From positions 12,400,001 through 12,464,000 of the forward strand of contig CM074514.1 of the NCBI GenBank assembly GCA_037379345.1: a stretch of DNA of 64,000 bases, read 5' to 3'. Below are positions 61,220-64,000 of the stretch, in pieces (the first letter of the stretch is position 1; each line of letters opens with the position of its first letter). The notes beneath the pieces were generated by a model, which ran no database searches, was not told the origin of the DNA, and saw only the letters and a list, made by a program, of their open reading frames with translations. The DNA is from Perna viridis. Taxonomy: Eukaryota. The position numbers and the translations under genes are program-made.

Positions 61220-64000
61220 AAAAAAAAATATTATTTAAGAATAGATCTTTACTTTAAACCACATTTCCATATTCTCTCCATCCAAAACCCCCATTCCACC
61301 ACATAAAACCCTTGTTTTTCATCATCATTTCCATATTTCCCTTACCCACATGCCATGGAATATGACGTTTACCCCATACAAGTACTATCACCTTTGATTT
61401 TAATTGACTTTTCTGGTAAATATAAAATAGAGACTGCTTAATGGTTTATACATCGTCTATCTCTTTCTAATCACATTATATGGGTTACCATTAGTCGTCT
61501 TCATCATCATGGATTTATGTTTCGTTTATATTCTCGTTTGAATGAGAAAAATATATTTAGAAGTATAGACGGTAAATATATTATGATTAAGTTCATTCAA
61601 AAAGCATTGAAAAACAATTTGATTGATACCGTATACACATTATAAACTTTCTATAAAGAGGAGGTTTTGAGAAAAATGAACGAAAATTAATGACCTTCAA
61701 GAAAAAGTTTTATACTTCCCACTAAGGAACGATCGATATTCAGCATTTAGCAATCAATACCGGTCCTTATTATCTAACGACTAGATTCCTCATCGTATAG
61801 TAATGTAGAAACTAGTTGGATTGATTACACAGTGAATGGATTGATTGATTGTTGTTAAACATTCATTTGCAGTTTTTTCATGTATTTTAAGACAAGGAGA
61901 TTTGTTATATTCAACAGACCCTGTATACACGAGACGAGGCACGCTAGATTAAATTTTAAAATGCCTTTGCTCAACAACCGAAACAAATGGTGCATGGGAT
62001 TTATAAAGGAGAGGCGGCTATAAAGGCTCTCTTTGGCCAAAAATACGACTGAAAATAATCATAAAATTGTTGAAAGATAAAATTGTGATTTTCTATGCTT
62101 GAATCCCTCAAAAATGAGAAAACACATAGACTTTTAATAATTCTTGCATTAAAAACACAAAAATAATTGGCTGAGATTTAACAAAATTCATATACAACAT
62201 GTATTGTCAATTTTGTACTTTTTGGTTACTCTCTGGTCATTCTAAAAAACAAAACTTTATGATAAGTAAATACATCTATAATTACATATATGTGAAAATA
62301 TTAAGTTGTTACTTGGGGTTGACAAAGTTTTGTGGATGTTAATATATCTGAAAAAAAATCAATAGATTTACAATTCTCAGCAGTTTTTGTTTTGGCATCA
62401 TTATGACGTCATTACAATAATATAATGCCATAAAATATTTTTTCTTATTTTCATGTATTTTACTGTGTTGTAAACATATTTTTATGAAATTGCAACGAAG
62501 TTGATATTTTAATGTAATAGCCATAGACTAATGCCCCTACAACTCTTATTGTTACATGTGTATGATATAGAAAATCAAGAATTATTAAATAAAGGTTGAT
62601 TTATGAATGTTACAGAATTGTCAGTATCAATGATAATTGAATACGATTGTTATTCCTGATGGATCGACAGGAAGTATGATTAAATTTCCAACAAATTTAA
62701 GCAGGGAAATACCTAAGCGTGTTGTTTCAATACATTTTATCTATTCCTAAAATTATTTGAATTCATTCACATCGTAGAATGCCACCGATTGGTATAAGTG
62801 AAAGTAAACCATCATTTCTCAAATATAAAAAAAACATAGTTTTCAATACATTTGAAACTTCTTAATTCGTTTATAACACTTTTTTAAAGATTATACTTGC
62901 ATATCAGTTCACCCAAAAGGCATACAAATAATAGACATGTACATGTTTTGCATTAGAAAGAAGATTTGCCAATATCCGTTTTTCATTAAATCGTTGACTG
63001 TCAATCATTCAAAATAATTTAGGCTAAACAAAATGTAAAACGTGAGACAAACTAGATAAAAGTATTTTAAATTGCGAATAGAGAGCTGGGTAAGACATTA
63101 AATATAAATTTAGTAGGAAACATCTTGGCAGTTTTATCGTGTTAGATTATTTCACTTTTAAATATGTCAAAAACGGACATTGTTGGAAGCTAACAAATGA
63201 TATGTTTCTTTGATCCTGTCACTTTTATATATCAAAAGTTCAAGGCCTTCTAAAACTTTTCAAATGACTAAATATAACCAAGACAACAACCGTAATCCAA
63301 TAAGTATTTTGAGCATACGTCATCATGACGTACAGTCAATATTCAGCAGGTTTTGTAGTTGTTTGTTTGTTTAATGTCTATTCATTGTCTTGTTCCGTCA
63401 TCTAATTTTCTTCATACTCTTCACAGCATTCAAGTTATGACCAAAATGTAAAATACAAATTGACACTGGTAGTTAAAACAGGTTTTCACCTTAACATTAT
63501 GATAAAATAAAAACTTAAAAATAAATAAAAATAAACCCAAAAAACCAAAATAAAAAAAAACACACAAAAAAAAAACAAACAAACAAACAAATAAATTTGC
63601 GCATTTTTTCCTATTTTTCTTATTGGTAGCGTAAATGTTCCAGACATAACGCTGTGGAATAATCTAAATCAGATAAGACCAAAAGAATTTTTAAATAAAT
63701 AAATTTTATTGCAATAGTAATTTGAAAAGATATGTGATGTATAACAATAAAGAGTGCGAAAGAAAAAAATAGTTAAAAAGATGCATGTTATGTGTCATCA
63801 TCGTTTTGTAGATATGACATATATTCGATGCCTCGATGAGTTCGATGTTTCACGTAATACTGAGTTCCAGGTTTCCGTGAATTTTGTGGATCCTGAGCTT
63901 TGTACAGCCACACAAACGATGATGTAAAACACAAAAATACACATATCCATGCAAGAACAAATGACCATCCAAAACTGTACGTCCTGGACTCATTGATGAC

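Overview
AT-rich, intron-rich animal genomic DNA. The repeat content suggests a bivalve mollusc, but that is an inference. There is one 152-N gap. I could splice three protein-coding genes by hand, each with GT-AG introns and consistent phases. (1) The last six coding exons of TTC30/IFT70 (fleer), + strand, 832-17401. (2) A two-exon, 64-aa heterotrimeric G-protein gamma subunit of the Ggamma13/Ggamma30A type, - strand, 28169-21338; the ORF track shows only its second exon. (3) An apparently complete 23-exon, ~1300-aa ADAMTS2/3/14-like metalloprotease, + strand, 37815-59776, with nine TSP1 repeats, six of them in one 1195-bp exon, and a PLAC domain. At least seven fragments of one Penelope-like retroelement family (RT at the C-terminus, Naiad-type) are present, some rearranged. 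There is also a decayed LINE, several MITE/HINE-like relics and many minisatellites. The most unusual signal is in TTC30: three separate exons are each followed by a tandem array of copies of their own 3' end plus 5' splice site ('donor-echo arrays', units ~60, 40 and 55 bp). These sit in the three longest introns of this CpG-depleted gene, and I saw none after the 22 ADAMTS donors.
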